A DNA stretch of 64,000 nucleotides from Clostridia bacterium (GCA_017503325.1 JAFVTI010000038.1:114428-178427), one strand, 5' to 3'. Counted from the stretch's first letter, positions 9,697 to 18,247 are shown. Program-made: numbers and translations. The notes: generated by a model not told the origin, from the letters alone.

Positions 9697-11172
9697 TCAG
9701 CCGTCGTAGCCGTACGCCTCCAGGATCTTATCCAGTTCCTTTCGGGTATTCTTTTGCGAATTGGTCAGATCTCTGACAATAGAGGGACGCTTATCCTGCA
9801 GCGCAACCATAATGATATTGGAGCACGGCAGATTCTTGTGTGAGAAATGCAGATAGCCGAAATCAAAGACCTTGTGACGGATGATGATGTCCACCATTTC
9901 GGCAGACTCCTCGTCGCGCGCGTTCTTGGACTTGGCGATCACGTCGTACAGCGTATCCGTTACCATATAATAAGACGAGGACGCCAGCGCCTCCATCATA
10001 AAGCCGGTGGTCTCCAGCTTTTGCTCGGACAGGCTGACGGGGACGATCGCAACGCTTGCAGCCGCGTTGACAAAGCCGAGATAATCCTTTTGCGTTTCGT
10101 CATACTTGGGCTGCGGCAGGATGCCGTAGTCGTCGATCATATCACGCAGATTGGTGGTGATGGACAGATTGGTGGGAAACAGCAGCGCACGTCCGTCACG
10201 GAACACCTCAATGGTGCCAAAATACAGATTGTTGTCCTTGAGATACTCGTTATAGGTCAGGTGGTAGGTATCGGGAGACAGCAGCAGCGCGGCGGTCTTC
10301 TCATAGATCGACTGCAGCTTATCGGTGTCGGGGGCAAAGGTGGGAATGTGCTGATCATCGTAGGTGAACATGGTCGCGCCCGCACCGTAAAAGAAGTTAT
10401 AGTCGCAGTCCAATGCCCAAGAGGTAATGCCGAAGAAATCGTCGGTGTACAAAATCTTGCCGTCACCGTTGAGGTCCTTGGCCTGGTCCTTGATCATGCC
10501 CTGCATATCGTCCATGGTCCACGTGCCTGCTCTTGCATCCTCGTAAGGATATTCCCAGCCGCGCTCATCAAACAGATTCTTGTTGAACAGCACGGATCCC
10601 GGGATCAGCTGCGTTGTGGGGATCAGGTCGCCGCAGGCCATCATCATATGATCGCCGATGGCAAGACCGTTCTTGCAGTCCTGGTCCCACCAGGTCTGAT
10701 CAAAGTCCACAAATTCCAGCTCGGACAGATCGTACAAATAGCCGCCCAGGGCGAGATTGTACGCAGCGTTGCCCATATGCTGATATACGAGATTGAATTC
10801 CCCCGTTCCGGCAGCCGTATCGTTCTTGATCGCATCCGCGATCACGTCAAGGCTTGGCTCGTCGGAGTTGTTGAATACGATCCCGTATTCTGTCTGCAGT
10901 CTGTCGTTTCTGCGGTATACTGCATCCTCAAGCGGATCGGACGAATTTTCCTCCGGGCCAATATCATATCGGCTTTGCGCCAAAATGACGAATTCCTGAC
11001 CCGCAAGCGGCGTTTCAAGCTTGGAAGGGTCCAGCGTCTCGGCAACCCAAAGCTCCTTTTCTTCAGTCGCCTCCGAGGACTGCTCCTCATTTTCCCCTTG
11101 CGCGCAGCCCGCAAGCAAGCCCACAAGCATCAAAGCACTCAAAAGCAAACATAAAATTCTGTCTTTCATCAT
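9697..11172 (-). CDS. SBP-like surface lipoprotein, tandem paralog 4 (more divergent)
   Basis: ATG at 11172 or 11169 after GTGAGG. MMKDRILCLLLSALMLVGLLAGC lipobox. Conserved blocks WWDQDCKNG, YGILPQPKYDE, KSKNARDEESAEMVDIIIRHKVFDFGY. Ends EAYGYDG. Confidence 0.6.
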   Translation of the reverse strand: MMKDRILCLLLSALMLVGLLAGCAQGENEEQSSEATEEKELWVAETLDPSKLETPLAGQEFVILAQSRYDIGPEENSSDPLEDAVYRRNDRLQTEYGIVFNNSDEPSLDVIADAIKNDTAAGTGEFNLVYQHMGNAAYNLALGGYLYDLSELEFVDFDQTWWDQDCKNGLAIGDHMMMACGDLIPTTQLIPGSVLFNKNLFDERGWEYPYEDARAGTWTMDDMQGMIKDQAKDLNGDGKILYTDDFFGITSWALDCDYNFFYGAGATMFTYDDQHIPTFAPDTDKLQSIYEKTAALLLSPDTYHLTYNEYLKDNNLYFGTIEVFRDGRALLFPTNLSITTNLRDMIDDYGILPQPKYDETQKDYLGFVNAAASVAIVPVSLSEQKLETTGFMMEALASSSYYMVTDTLYDVIAKSKNARDEESAEMVDIIIRHKVFDFGYLHFSHKNLPCSNIIMVALQDKRPSIVRDLTNSQKNTRKELDKILEAYGYDG

Positions 11173-11286
11173 AAACCTCACTGTTTTCGGTATTTATACG
11201 AATATCATATCACATACTTTGCCGTCTGTCAAGAGAGCCGGGTCACACATGACCCGGCTCTCTTTATATTTGATTTGTTCGGTTGA

Positions 11287-12768
11287 TCAATCGTAGCCGT
11301 AAGCTCTCAGAATCTTCTTGAGCTCGTTTCTGGTTCTTCTCTCGGAGTTGGTGATCTCCTTGACGATCGAGGTTCTGTTTGCCTGCAGCGCGGTCTGGGC
11401 GACGTTGAAGCAGGGGAAATCCTGACCGGAGAAATGCGAATAACCAAAGTCAAACACCTTGTGACGGATGATAATATCCACCATTTGTGCAGATTCCTCG
11501 TCACGAGCGTTCTTGGACTTGGCCACAACGTCGTAAAGGGTATCCGTGGTCATGTGATAGGACGAGGACGCCAGCGCTTCCATCATAAAGCCTGCGACCT
11601 CCAGATTAGCATCGCTCAAGCTGCCCGGCACGCACGCCATGCTTGCGCTGCCGTTGACAAAGCCGAGGTAATCCTCCTGCTTTTCATCATACTTGGGGTT
11701 GGGCAGGATGCCGTAGTCATCCACCATATCACGCAAGGAAGTAGTCGTAGACAGGTAGGTCGGGAAGAACAGCGCTCTGCCGTCTCTGAACACATCGATG
11801 GTCTTGTTGTACATGCCCGGATCTGTTTCGTACTGTGCCCAGATCACGTGGAAGGAATTCTGCGTGATCAGCAGCTCGTAGATCTTTTCGTAAATTGCCT
11901 GCAATCTGTCGGTGTCGGGATCAAATACGGGCAGGTGGTCCTCGTCGTAGGAGAACATGGTCGCACCCGAGCCAAAGAACAGATTGAAGTCTGCGTCGGC
12001 TGCCCATGCGGTCACACCGAAGAAATCGTCGTCGTGGAAGATTCTGCCGTCACCGTTGAGGTCCTTGGTCTGGTCCTTGGTCAGCTCCAGCATATCGTCC
12101 ATGGTCCAGTTCCCTTCCCGTGCGTCCTCGTAAGGGTAATCCCAGCCGTTGCGGTCGAACAGGTTCTTGTTAAACAGGACCGTTGCAGTGATCAGCATCG
12201 TCGAGGGCAGCAGGTCGCCGCACACCATCATCATGCTGTCGCCAATGACAAAGCCCTTCTTGCAATCCTGGTCCCACCACTCGTTATCAAAATTGACGTA
12301 TTCCAGATCGGTCAGGTTATACAGATAATTGCCGGGAGCCAGGCTGCGCGCTGCCTCGATCATGTGCTGATACACGATGTGGAATTCACCCGTGCCCGCG
12401 GTCACGTCGTTTTTGACGTTGGTGGAAATAACCGCGAAATCGGGCTGGTACTGATTGTTGAATTCAATGCCCAGCTCTGCCTTGAGCTTGTCGTCTCTTC
12501 TGTAAACGGCATCCTCAAGCGGGTCGGACGAATTTTCCTCGGGGCTGATATCGTACTTGTTGTACGCCAGAATGTTGATCTCCTGTCCCTGCAGGCTGAC
12601 GCTCAGCTTCTCGGGATCCAGCTCAGGGTTCATCCAATACGTTTCCTCTTCGGTAACGCCCTGGGAGCCCTCCGGGGTCTCTCCCTGATCGGGCTTATCC
12701 ACGCAGCCTGCAAGCACGGCAAGCAGCATAAGCACACCGAGAAGGATGCATAAGAGTCTGATCTTCAT
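11287..12768 (-). CDS. SBP-like surface lipoprotein, tandem paralog 5
   Basis: ATG at 12768, 8 nt after AGAGAGG. MKIRLLCILLGVLMLLAVLAGC lipobox. Same conserved blocks as paralog 4. The ORF-track start at 12774 is a TTG. Confidence 0.6.
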   Translation of the reverse strand: MKIRLLCILLGVLMLLAVLAGCVDKPDQGETPEGSQGVTEEETYWMNPELDPEKLSVSLQGQEINILAYNKYDISPEENSSDPLEDAVYRRDDKLKAELGIEFNNQYQPDFAVISTNVKNDVTAGTGEFHIVYQHMIEAARSLAPGNYLYNLTDLEYVNFDNEWWDQDCKKGFVIGDSMMMVCGDLLPSTMLITATVLFNKNLFDRNGWDYPYEDAREGNWTMDDMLELTKDQTKDLNGDGRIFHDDDFFGVTAWAADADFNLFFGSGATMFSYDEDHLPVFDPDTDRLQAIYEKIYELLITQNSFHVIWAQYETDPGMYNKTIDVFRDGRALFFPTYLSTTTSLRDMVDDYGILPNPKYDEKQEDYLGFVNGSASMACVPGSLSDANLEVAGFMMEALASSSYHMTTDTLYDVVAKSKNARDEESAQMVDIIIRHKVFDFGYSHFSGQDFPCFNVAQTALQANRTSIVKEITNSERRTRNELKKILRAYGYD

Positions 12769-12802
12769 TTGCAAAACCTCTCTTTAATATAGAATTACCT
12801 GT

Positions 12803-12831
12803 ATTTTACCACTTTTGCCCGGAATTGTCAA
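12803..12831 (-). promoter_or_regulatory. sigma-A-type promoter of paralog 5
   Basis: Minus strand reads TTGACA (12831-12826), 17 nt, TAAAAT (12808-12803), with TGG extended -10. Confidence 0.6.
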
Positions 12832-12843
12832 GTCAAATTGGCT

Positions 12844-14337
12844 TCATTCTGCTTTTTTCTGTGCTTTGCGTCGGATCAGGCGTATAATCAGAAGGATCAG
12901 AACGATCACAAGCACGATGGCCACCACCGCGCCCAGAATGACCAACAGTACGGGCAGGACGAAGAACAAAAACAGAAACCAAATAAATGCAAAGCCGCTT
13001 GTCTCGATTGGATTTTTCCACTTGCACAGCGTCACGTAGTAAACACCACTTTTGGGCGTGGAGCGCTCGGACAGCGTATATCCCTTCCGATCCTTTTTGT
13101 AGTTATCAACAGAGAGGCTGTTTCTCTCGTCGGTCATGATCTTGAGCTTTGTATCGATTCTGACCGTGTACTTCCCTACCGATTTCCAATCGGAGCTGCC
13201 GTGGAAATGATAGGTGAAGGTGGCCGCCTTGGGGCTGTAATACTCCATCACGTCGGGATAAACCGGCAAGGTGATGGAATTGACCGTGCTCTCGCCCGCA
13301 CCCAGCGTGACGTCGTAGGTCAGAAATCCTTGCAGATTGGACGTAACATCCAGCTCCATCCGTGTCTGATAACCAATCAGACAGGTGTCTTTCAGCTGAC
13401 TGCATATCAACATACTAAAGACGGCATTGTACCAATCCTTTTCAGGAATGCCCGCATCCGGGTCGTACTCGCTCATGGCAAGCTCGCCAAAGGTGGTGGT
13501 GCTCTGTTCTACCAGCTGCACGTCGCAGCCTCCAACCCGTTTGCCGTCATCGGTCAGCTTCCAATTGACTTCTCCGATATCCTCACCCAGCACGTACAAA
13601 GTCACAAGCGAACCCTTTGAAACTCGCACACGCATTTGGGGAATTGCATTTTCCTCGTAAACGTCGACATGTTTATCGGAAAAGATCAACGTGCGGGATG
13701 CATCATAATCAAAGTCGGCGACCATGTCGCAATAAAAGCTTTCGTTATTTCCCGACGTAGAATAAGGCTGATAGGTATACACCGTAACGGGCAGATCGGG
13801 CGACAGGAGCGAGTGTGCAGCATAGGAATCCTGCAGATTCTCTGCCCAATCACGAGGATCATAACCGCTGCGGCCTGTTTGATAGTTTTGCGAATTAGGC
13901 GTCCATGCGTAGCGAAGCTCGGGCGTGACTCGCTCACCGCCCACCTCCACGGTATAGAATGAAGCAAGCTGCGCTCTTGTACAAAGCCTTTGCGCATAGG
14001 AGGGCGCGTTGGCTGCGGCAAACATCATTTTCACCGTTTGCTCGGTGTCGGTGGGGTTGGAAAAGGTATAGTCCAGGCGCAGCGTTGAGGAATACTTTTC
14101 CAAAAGCTCCGATTGGTCAAATTCATCTGCCGGCAGCTCGGGAATATCGTAGGTCAGTGCCAGGCTCTCCATGCTCAGCTGACTCTTGCGCCCCTTTGGG
14201 AAAACGCCAAAGACGTCTATACCGGGATCGGGCTCTATGGGCGACATGGCAGACGCGGGTAGGATGGCTAAGGCGCACAGCAAAATTGCCATCGCGCCTG
14301 CAGCCAGGTGCTTGAAAAATTTTTGATATCGATTCAT
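12844..14337 (-). CDS. exported protein of unknown family with long C-terminal hydrophobic anchor (paralog P1)
   Basis: Signal peptide ..AILLCALAILPASAMSP. C-terminus FAFIWFLFLFFVLPVLLVILGAVVAIVLVIVLILLIIRLIRRKAQKKAE. Shares TTTFGELAM..YDP.AGI...DW.NA with P2 and P3. Confidence 0.7.
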   Translation of the reverse strand: MNRYQKFFKHLAAGAMAILLCALAILPASAMSPIEPDPGIDVFGVFPKGRKSQLSMESLALTYDIPELPADEFDQSELLEKYSSTLRLDYTFSNPTDTEQTVKMMFAAANAPSYAQRLCTRAQLASFYTVEVGGERVTPELRYAWTPNSQNYQTGRSGYDPRDWAENLQDSYAAHSLLSPDLPVTVYTYQPYSTSGNNESFYCDMVADFDYDASRTLIFSDKHVDVYEENAIPQMRVRVSKGSLVTLYVLGEDIGEVNWKLTDDGKRVGGCDVQLVEQSTTTFGELAMSEYDPDAGIPEKDWYNAVFSMLICSQLKDTCLIGYQTRMELDVTSNLQGFLTYDVTLGAGESTVNSITLPVYPDVMEYYSPKAATFTYHFHGSSDWKSVGKYTVRIDTKLKIMTDERNSLSVDNYKKDRKGYTLSERSTPKSGVYYVTLCKWKNPIETSGFAFIWFLFLFFVLPVLLVILGAVVAIVLVIVLILLIIRLIRRKAQKKAE

Positions 14338-14346
14338 AAATTGTCC

Positions 14347-14637
14347 TCCGTTCGTTTAGCCGAACGGGAGCCGAACCAAGTTGGTTTTGACGGGCAGATT
14401 TTCCCGATCCCTGCATCTTTTCTCCCCGGACATATTGCCTATATGCCCTGCGAGAAAAGCTTTTGGGCTCAAAAAAATCTGCTGCGTCAAAACTGCTCGC
14501 ACCCGACGGCGAATGCATTTTTGATAGATTTTGGCGCGATTTTGCGAAGCAAGATACCAATCTTGCGAGTGAAAGCACGCCGGAAGATGCGAAAATGCAT
14601 CGTCGTCGGGCAATTCGGTTCGACTCCCGTTCGGCTA
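14347..14637 (-). promoter_or_regulatory. structured intercistronic RNA element with three mutually complementary segments, one covering the P1 Shine-Dalgarno
   Basis: Segment 14617-14637 (GGTTCGACTCCCGTTCGGCTA) is the inverse complement of 14357-14377, with 20 of 21 positions matching. The latter also pairs locally with 14347-14355, next to GGAGG. Confidence 0.45.
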
Positions 14638-14675
14638 TCCTTCATCAATCAGGACAGGATTCTTCCGTTTTGATT

Positions 14676-16160
14676 TCACTCTTGCTGCGTTTTTTTGCGT
14701 TTTTTGCGCTTGATGATCGCACGGACGATCAAAATCACAACCGCAACGGGCAGCGCAACGGCAAGCACCGGGACCAGCACGACGATCAGGATCAGCACGA
14801 GCATCAGTACCGAATAGGCATTGAAAACGCGCTTGGGATTTTCCGTGGAGCTGAGCGTAAACACCAGATCCCGCTCGGGCAAGCCGTCAATGTGCAGCTC
14901 GTAGCCCGCCTCGGTCTTGATCCACTCCCCCGGAGCTATGCTAAACTCTCCCTTTCGTTCCTTGACCATGACGTACGGCGTGTTGACGTAAATATCCAAC
15001 GTGCCGAACTCCTTCCAGAGCGAGGCGGGGGAGGTCAGATATTCATAGATGTAGATCGGAACGTCGTATCCTCCGTCAATATTCGGATAAAGCGGGGCTT
15101 TTACGGTATTGGTCAAACGCTCACCCGGGGCGATCTTGATTTGATACTCGTACCATTGCAAAAGATGCCCGGAAATATCCCAGTCGTTCACGACACCGCC
15201 ATACAGACCGATCGGCTTACCCGACTGCTCCAGCTGCGCCACGATGGCATTGAACCAATCGTGCGCCGCGATCCCCGCCGCGGGATCGTAGCATTGCATG
15301 GCAAGCTCGCCAAAGGTGGTGCTTGTCTTGTCCACCACGCTCATGCTGCCCTCGATCCGTGTCTCCAGGGAGCCGTTTTCATAAAACTCCCATTTCAACT
15401 CCCCGGCGTCCTCGCCAAACACGTACACCGTGATCTCGGGATCGGACAGGTGCACGGAAGCAAAACCCGCATTTCCGTTCTCGTCAGAGCTGTATCCGCT
15501 CATATGCTCCAGCATAAAGCGCGTCTTTTCCAATGCTCCGTCAAAATACGTAGCCGCACGTGCCGAGCGGTAGGTCTCACGGTCCACGCCGCTGACGCTG
15601 TAGGTGTAGATATATACGGGCAGATCAAAGGTCAGAAAGCTGTCGGTACGGTAATCGCTGTACAGCTTTGCCATTTCCTCGGCAGGATCAAAATCATAGA
15701 GCGATCCGCCCCAATAGCTGTGCCGAATCACGGTATCCACGTCTGCTCCGTTGACCTGTGCTCCGTATTTTGAAGCATTATCGGGGGTGACGTATTCTCC
15801 CAGCTCGGAATTGTAAAATTCCGCATAATAGGGGTTGATACCAAACGGAAACAGCAGATTTGCCGTGACCGTCATGTCACTTGGGTTATAAAAGGTATAC
15901 TCTGCCGTCACGCTTGCATCGTACGCAAGGTAGTCCTTTGCGCTGCCAAAATGATTGGCGGGAAATTCCGCAATATCAAAGGTCAGCGTTTCGTGCTCGA
16001 CCACCAACGGGCATTCCCCATCGGTGACCAATACGCCCGAAGCGTTGACGCCCTCCCAATACGACTCCGCAGAATTGGCGGACGCAGGCAGGACGGCAAG
16101 CAGGCACAGAAGTGCGGCCAACAGCGCCGCAAGGGCGACTTTTGTTTTCTTACGCATCAT
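14676..16160 (-). CDS. exported protein of unknown family with C-terminal hydrophobic anchor (paralog P2)
   Basis: MMRKKTKVALAALLAALLCLLAVLPASANS signal. C-terminus ..LMLVLILIVVLVPVLAVALPVAVVILIVRAIIKRKKRKKTQQE. Its start overlaps the P3 stop (16150-16160). Confidence 0.7.
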   Translation of the reverse strand: MMRKKTKVALAALLAALLCLLAVLPASANSAESYWEGVNASGVLVTDGECPLVVEHETLTFDIAEFPANHFGSAKDYLAYDASVTAEYTFYNPSDMTVTANLLFPFGINPYYAEFYNSELGEYVTPDNASKYGAQVNGADVDTVIRHSYWGGSLYDFDPAEEMAKLYSDYRTDSFLTFDLPVYIYTYSVSGVDRETYRSARAATYFDGALEKTRFMLEHMSGYSSDENGNAGFASVHLSDPEITVYVFGEDAGELKWEFYENGSLETRIEGSMSVVDKTSTTFGELAMQCYDPAAGIAAHDWFNAIVAQLEQSGKPIGLYGGVVNDWDISGHLLQWYEYQIKIAPGERLTNTVKAPLYPNIDGGYDVPIYIYEYLTSPASLWKEFGTLDIYVNTPYVMVKERKGEFSIAPGEWIKTEAGYELHIDGLPERDLVFTLSSTENPKRVFNAYSVLMLVLILIVVLVPVLAVALPVAVVILIVRAIIKRKKRKKTQQE

Positions 16161-17730
16161 CGTTTTTCTCCTTTTCCTCCCCTTCTGTTTCTGTGATTTT
16201 CTCGGGCTGCGGCGGGATTTGCTCTGCTGCCCTTCTCTTTTTCCTTACTTTTCTGACGATCAGAAGGATGATCAGCGCAAGAATTGCCAAAGGCACCGCC
16301 GCGGGAAGGATGACACAAACAAACAGTACGATCAGAATCACAAGCAAATACAAAAGCAATGCAATAATGGAACTGTCAAACGGTTTTTGCTTTTCGCAGA
16401 CAGAGATCACCAGATAGTCAAAATCCGTATCTCCCTCCCAGCAATAGCCGTCCTCGGTTTGCTCATATTCCTTTTGGCTCGGAGTGGGGGCATCCACGTC
16501 ACACAAATACAGATCGGTCAGAATGCGCACGCTTGTCGGTCCGCACGTGCTCCAGGCTTCCGCTGCCGTCATGGCAAAGGCGTAGGTATATACCGACGGA
16601 CTGTAATTACCGTGCTCAAACGGATGCAGAGGTGCCGTGACTTTCACCGTAGCACTCTGCCCCGGTGCCAGCGTAAGATCAAAGCTGTTCCAGGCTTGCA
16701 GGTTGCTCTCATTAAGCTCCACCGTATCTCCCATATACGTCACGGCAGTCCCCTCGGTCCGATTGCTCGTAATATATGCAATAACTGCATTATAGTAGTC
16801 GATTTCGGATACACTTCCCTGCGCGTCATAGCCTTTCATAATCAGCTCGTAAAAGGACATTGTGGTTTTTGAAACCAACGTCACGCGCGCGTCCAATCGG
16901 TCTCCGTCCGCATCCACCGTCCAAGCCACCTCTCCTACGTCTGCGCCGATCGAATAAACGGTGGGGTTTTCACGATTAAACCCGGGAAAAGAAATTCTTA
17001 CCTTGTTCTCTCCCGCATTGGCAGGATACCACGCATTGGAAGGATACCACGCATCGGTGACAAGCACCGCGCACCTTGACGGATCGGCAACCAAAGAGCC
17101 CGACACTTCAAACATATCATCCTTTTGCGAGGTATCGTATTCGGTGCGATAGGCATATACGTAAACGGTCGCATCCGGTGCAAGAATGGAGTGCGGAACG
17201 TAAGTATCCGAATAATAAGCAAGAAATGCTGAGGCAGGGTCACGTTTTCCAAGTTGCGTGGGTGCGTGATAGTAGCTGTTATCCGGCGTATAGGAATGGC
17301 GCTGTTGCGCCTGTACCTGTTCCCCATCGATCTCCACGGTGTACTTATTTGCATCCGTGCCGTACGGCAGATCGTATGCATACCAGGGATCAGTGCCGAT
17401 GGGCGTCAACATACGCTCGGTGACGGTCTGATCGGTGGGATTGTGTATCGTATATGTGGCTATCGTATTTGCACTGTACGCAAGAAACTCTTCTTCGGTC
17501 TTGTACCGACTCTTGGGCGGCAGCTCACAGGCGTTCAATTCAATCTCGGTACGTTCCAGCGCAAGCGCGGTGGCCCCGTCCGCAACGAACAAACCACCCG
17601 CCACGCTGCCGGCATATGGCCCCGCGGGGTCAATGGCTGCAAAAGAAGGCATGACGGCAAGGACGCAAAGCAAAATTGCCGTCGCGCCTGCCGTCATGCT
17701 CTTGAGTATGGCTCTAAAATTTTTCTTCAT
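16150..17730 (-). CDS. exported protein of unknown family with C-terminal hydrophobic anchor and acidic tail (paralog P3)
   Basis: ATG at 17730 after GGAGGAAACGTCT. MKKNFRAILKSMTAGATAILLCVLAVMPSFAA signal. C-terminus ..LLLYLLVILIVLFVCVILPAAVPLAILALIILLIVRKVRKKRR plus a Glu-rich tail. Confidence 0.7.
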   Translation of the reverse strand: MKKNFRAILKSMTAGATAILLCVLAVMPSFAAIDPAGPYAGSVAGGLFVADGATALALERTEIELNACELPPKSRYKTEEEFLAYSANTIATYTIHNPTDQTVTERMLTPIGTDPWYAYDLPYGTDANKYTVEIDGEQVQAQQRHSYTPDNSYYHAPTQLGKRDPASAFLAYYSDTYVPHSILAPDATVYVYAYRTEYDTSQKDDMFEVSGSLVADPSRCAVLVTDAWYPSNAWYPANAGENKVRISFPGFNRENPTVYSIGADVGEVAWTVDADGDRLDARVTLVSKTTMSFYELIMKGYDAQGSVSEIDYYNAVIAYITSNRTEGTAVTYMGDTVELNESNLQAWNSFDLTLAPGQSATVKVTAPLHPFEHGNYSPSVYTYAFAMTAAEAWSTCGPTSVRILTDLYLCDVDAPTPSQKEYEQTEDGYCWEGDTDFDYLVISVCEKQKPFDSSIIALLLYLLVILIVLFVCVILPAAVPLAILALIILLIVRKVRKKRRAAEQIPPQPEKITETEGEEKEKNDDA

Positions 17731-17850
17731 AGACGTTTCCTCCAAATCATAATGCGGTTGGGGGCTTCTATCTATACAGTCGGAAAAAATGTGTTTTCGT
17801 TCCGTTTTTCGCCAAAAAACGTTTGTTAATATTTTGTGAATGACTCGGAA

Positions 17851-18222
17851 TCAGTCTCCGTACAGTCTGTCCAGGTCGTAGAATTCTCTTGCTTCGCGGC
17901 TGAACACGTGCACGATGACGTGGCTGTAATCCAGCACGATCCAGGAGTTGTTGCCTCTGCCCTCCACGGCCTCGGCCTTGATATCTCTTTCCTCCATCTT
18001 GAACTCGACCTCACCTGCCAACGCCTTGACGTGCGTGGAGGAGGTGCCGTTTGCCAGCACGAAATAATCCGCGATGTCGGTTTTTTCCTTAATCTCTACG
18101 ATCTTGATATCCTTAGCTCTTGTATCCTCTAAAATCTCGGCAATGGCCTCTGCCAGCTGCAGAGGAGTTGCACCGACCAGCGAGGGCTTCTTTGCGTTTT
18201 CATTGTTCAGAATCTCTTCCAT
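17851..18222 (-). CDS. rsfS: ribosomal silencing factor RsfS
   Basis: ..DYFVLANGTSSTHVKALAGEVE...WIVLDYSHVIVHVFSREAREFYDLDRLYGD. ATG at 18222 is preferred over the TTG at 18258. Confidence 0.85.
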   Translation of the reverse strand: MEEILNNENAKKPSLVGATPLQLAEAIAEILEDTRAKDIKIVEIKEKTDIADYFVLANGTSSTHVKALAGEVEFKMEERDIKAEAVEGRGNNSWIVLDYSHVIVHVFSREAREFYDLDRLYGD

Positions 18223-18247
18223 GTGTGTATCCCTTTCAATTTTCGGT

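Noticed and set aside
4646-12753. Long plus-strand ORFs (493, 453, 436, 435 and 439 aa) exactly mirroring each minus-strand lipoprotein paralog.
   Set aside because: They are co-extensive antisense shadows of well-supported genes. Their composition is low-complexity and V/L/G/H/Q-rich. They have no SD or signal features. Such ORFs are typical in GC-rich coding DNA, where stop codons are rare on the opposite strand.
14617-14637. GGTTCGACTCC resembles a tRNA T-loop (GGTTCGAATCC), suggesting a tRNA or tRNA fragment.
   Set aside because: The flanking bases cannot form a 5-bp T-stem, no acceptor or anticodon arms can be drawn, and the same 21-mer recurs inverted 240 nt away. It was treated as part of an inverted repeat instead.
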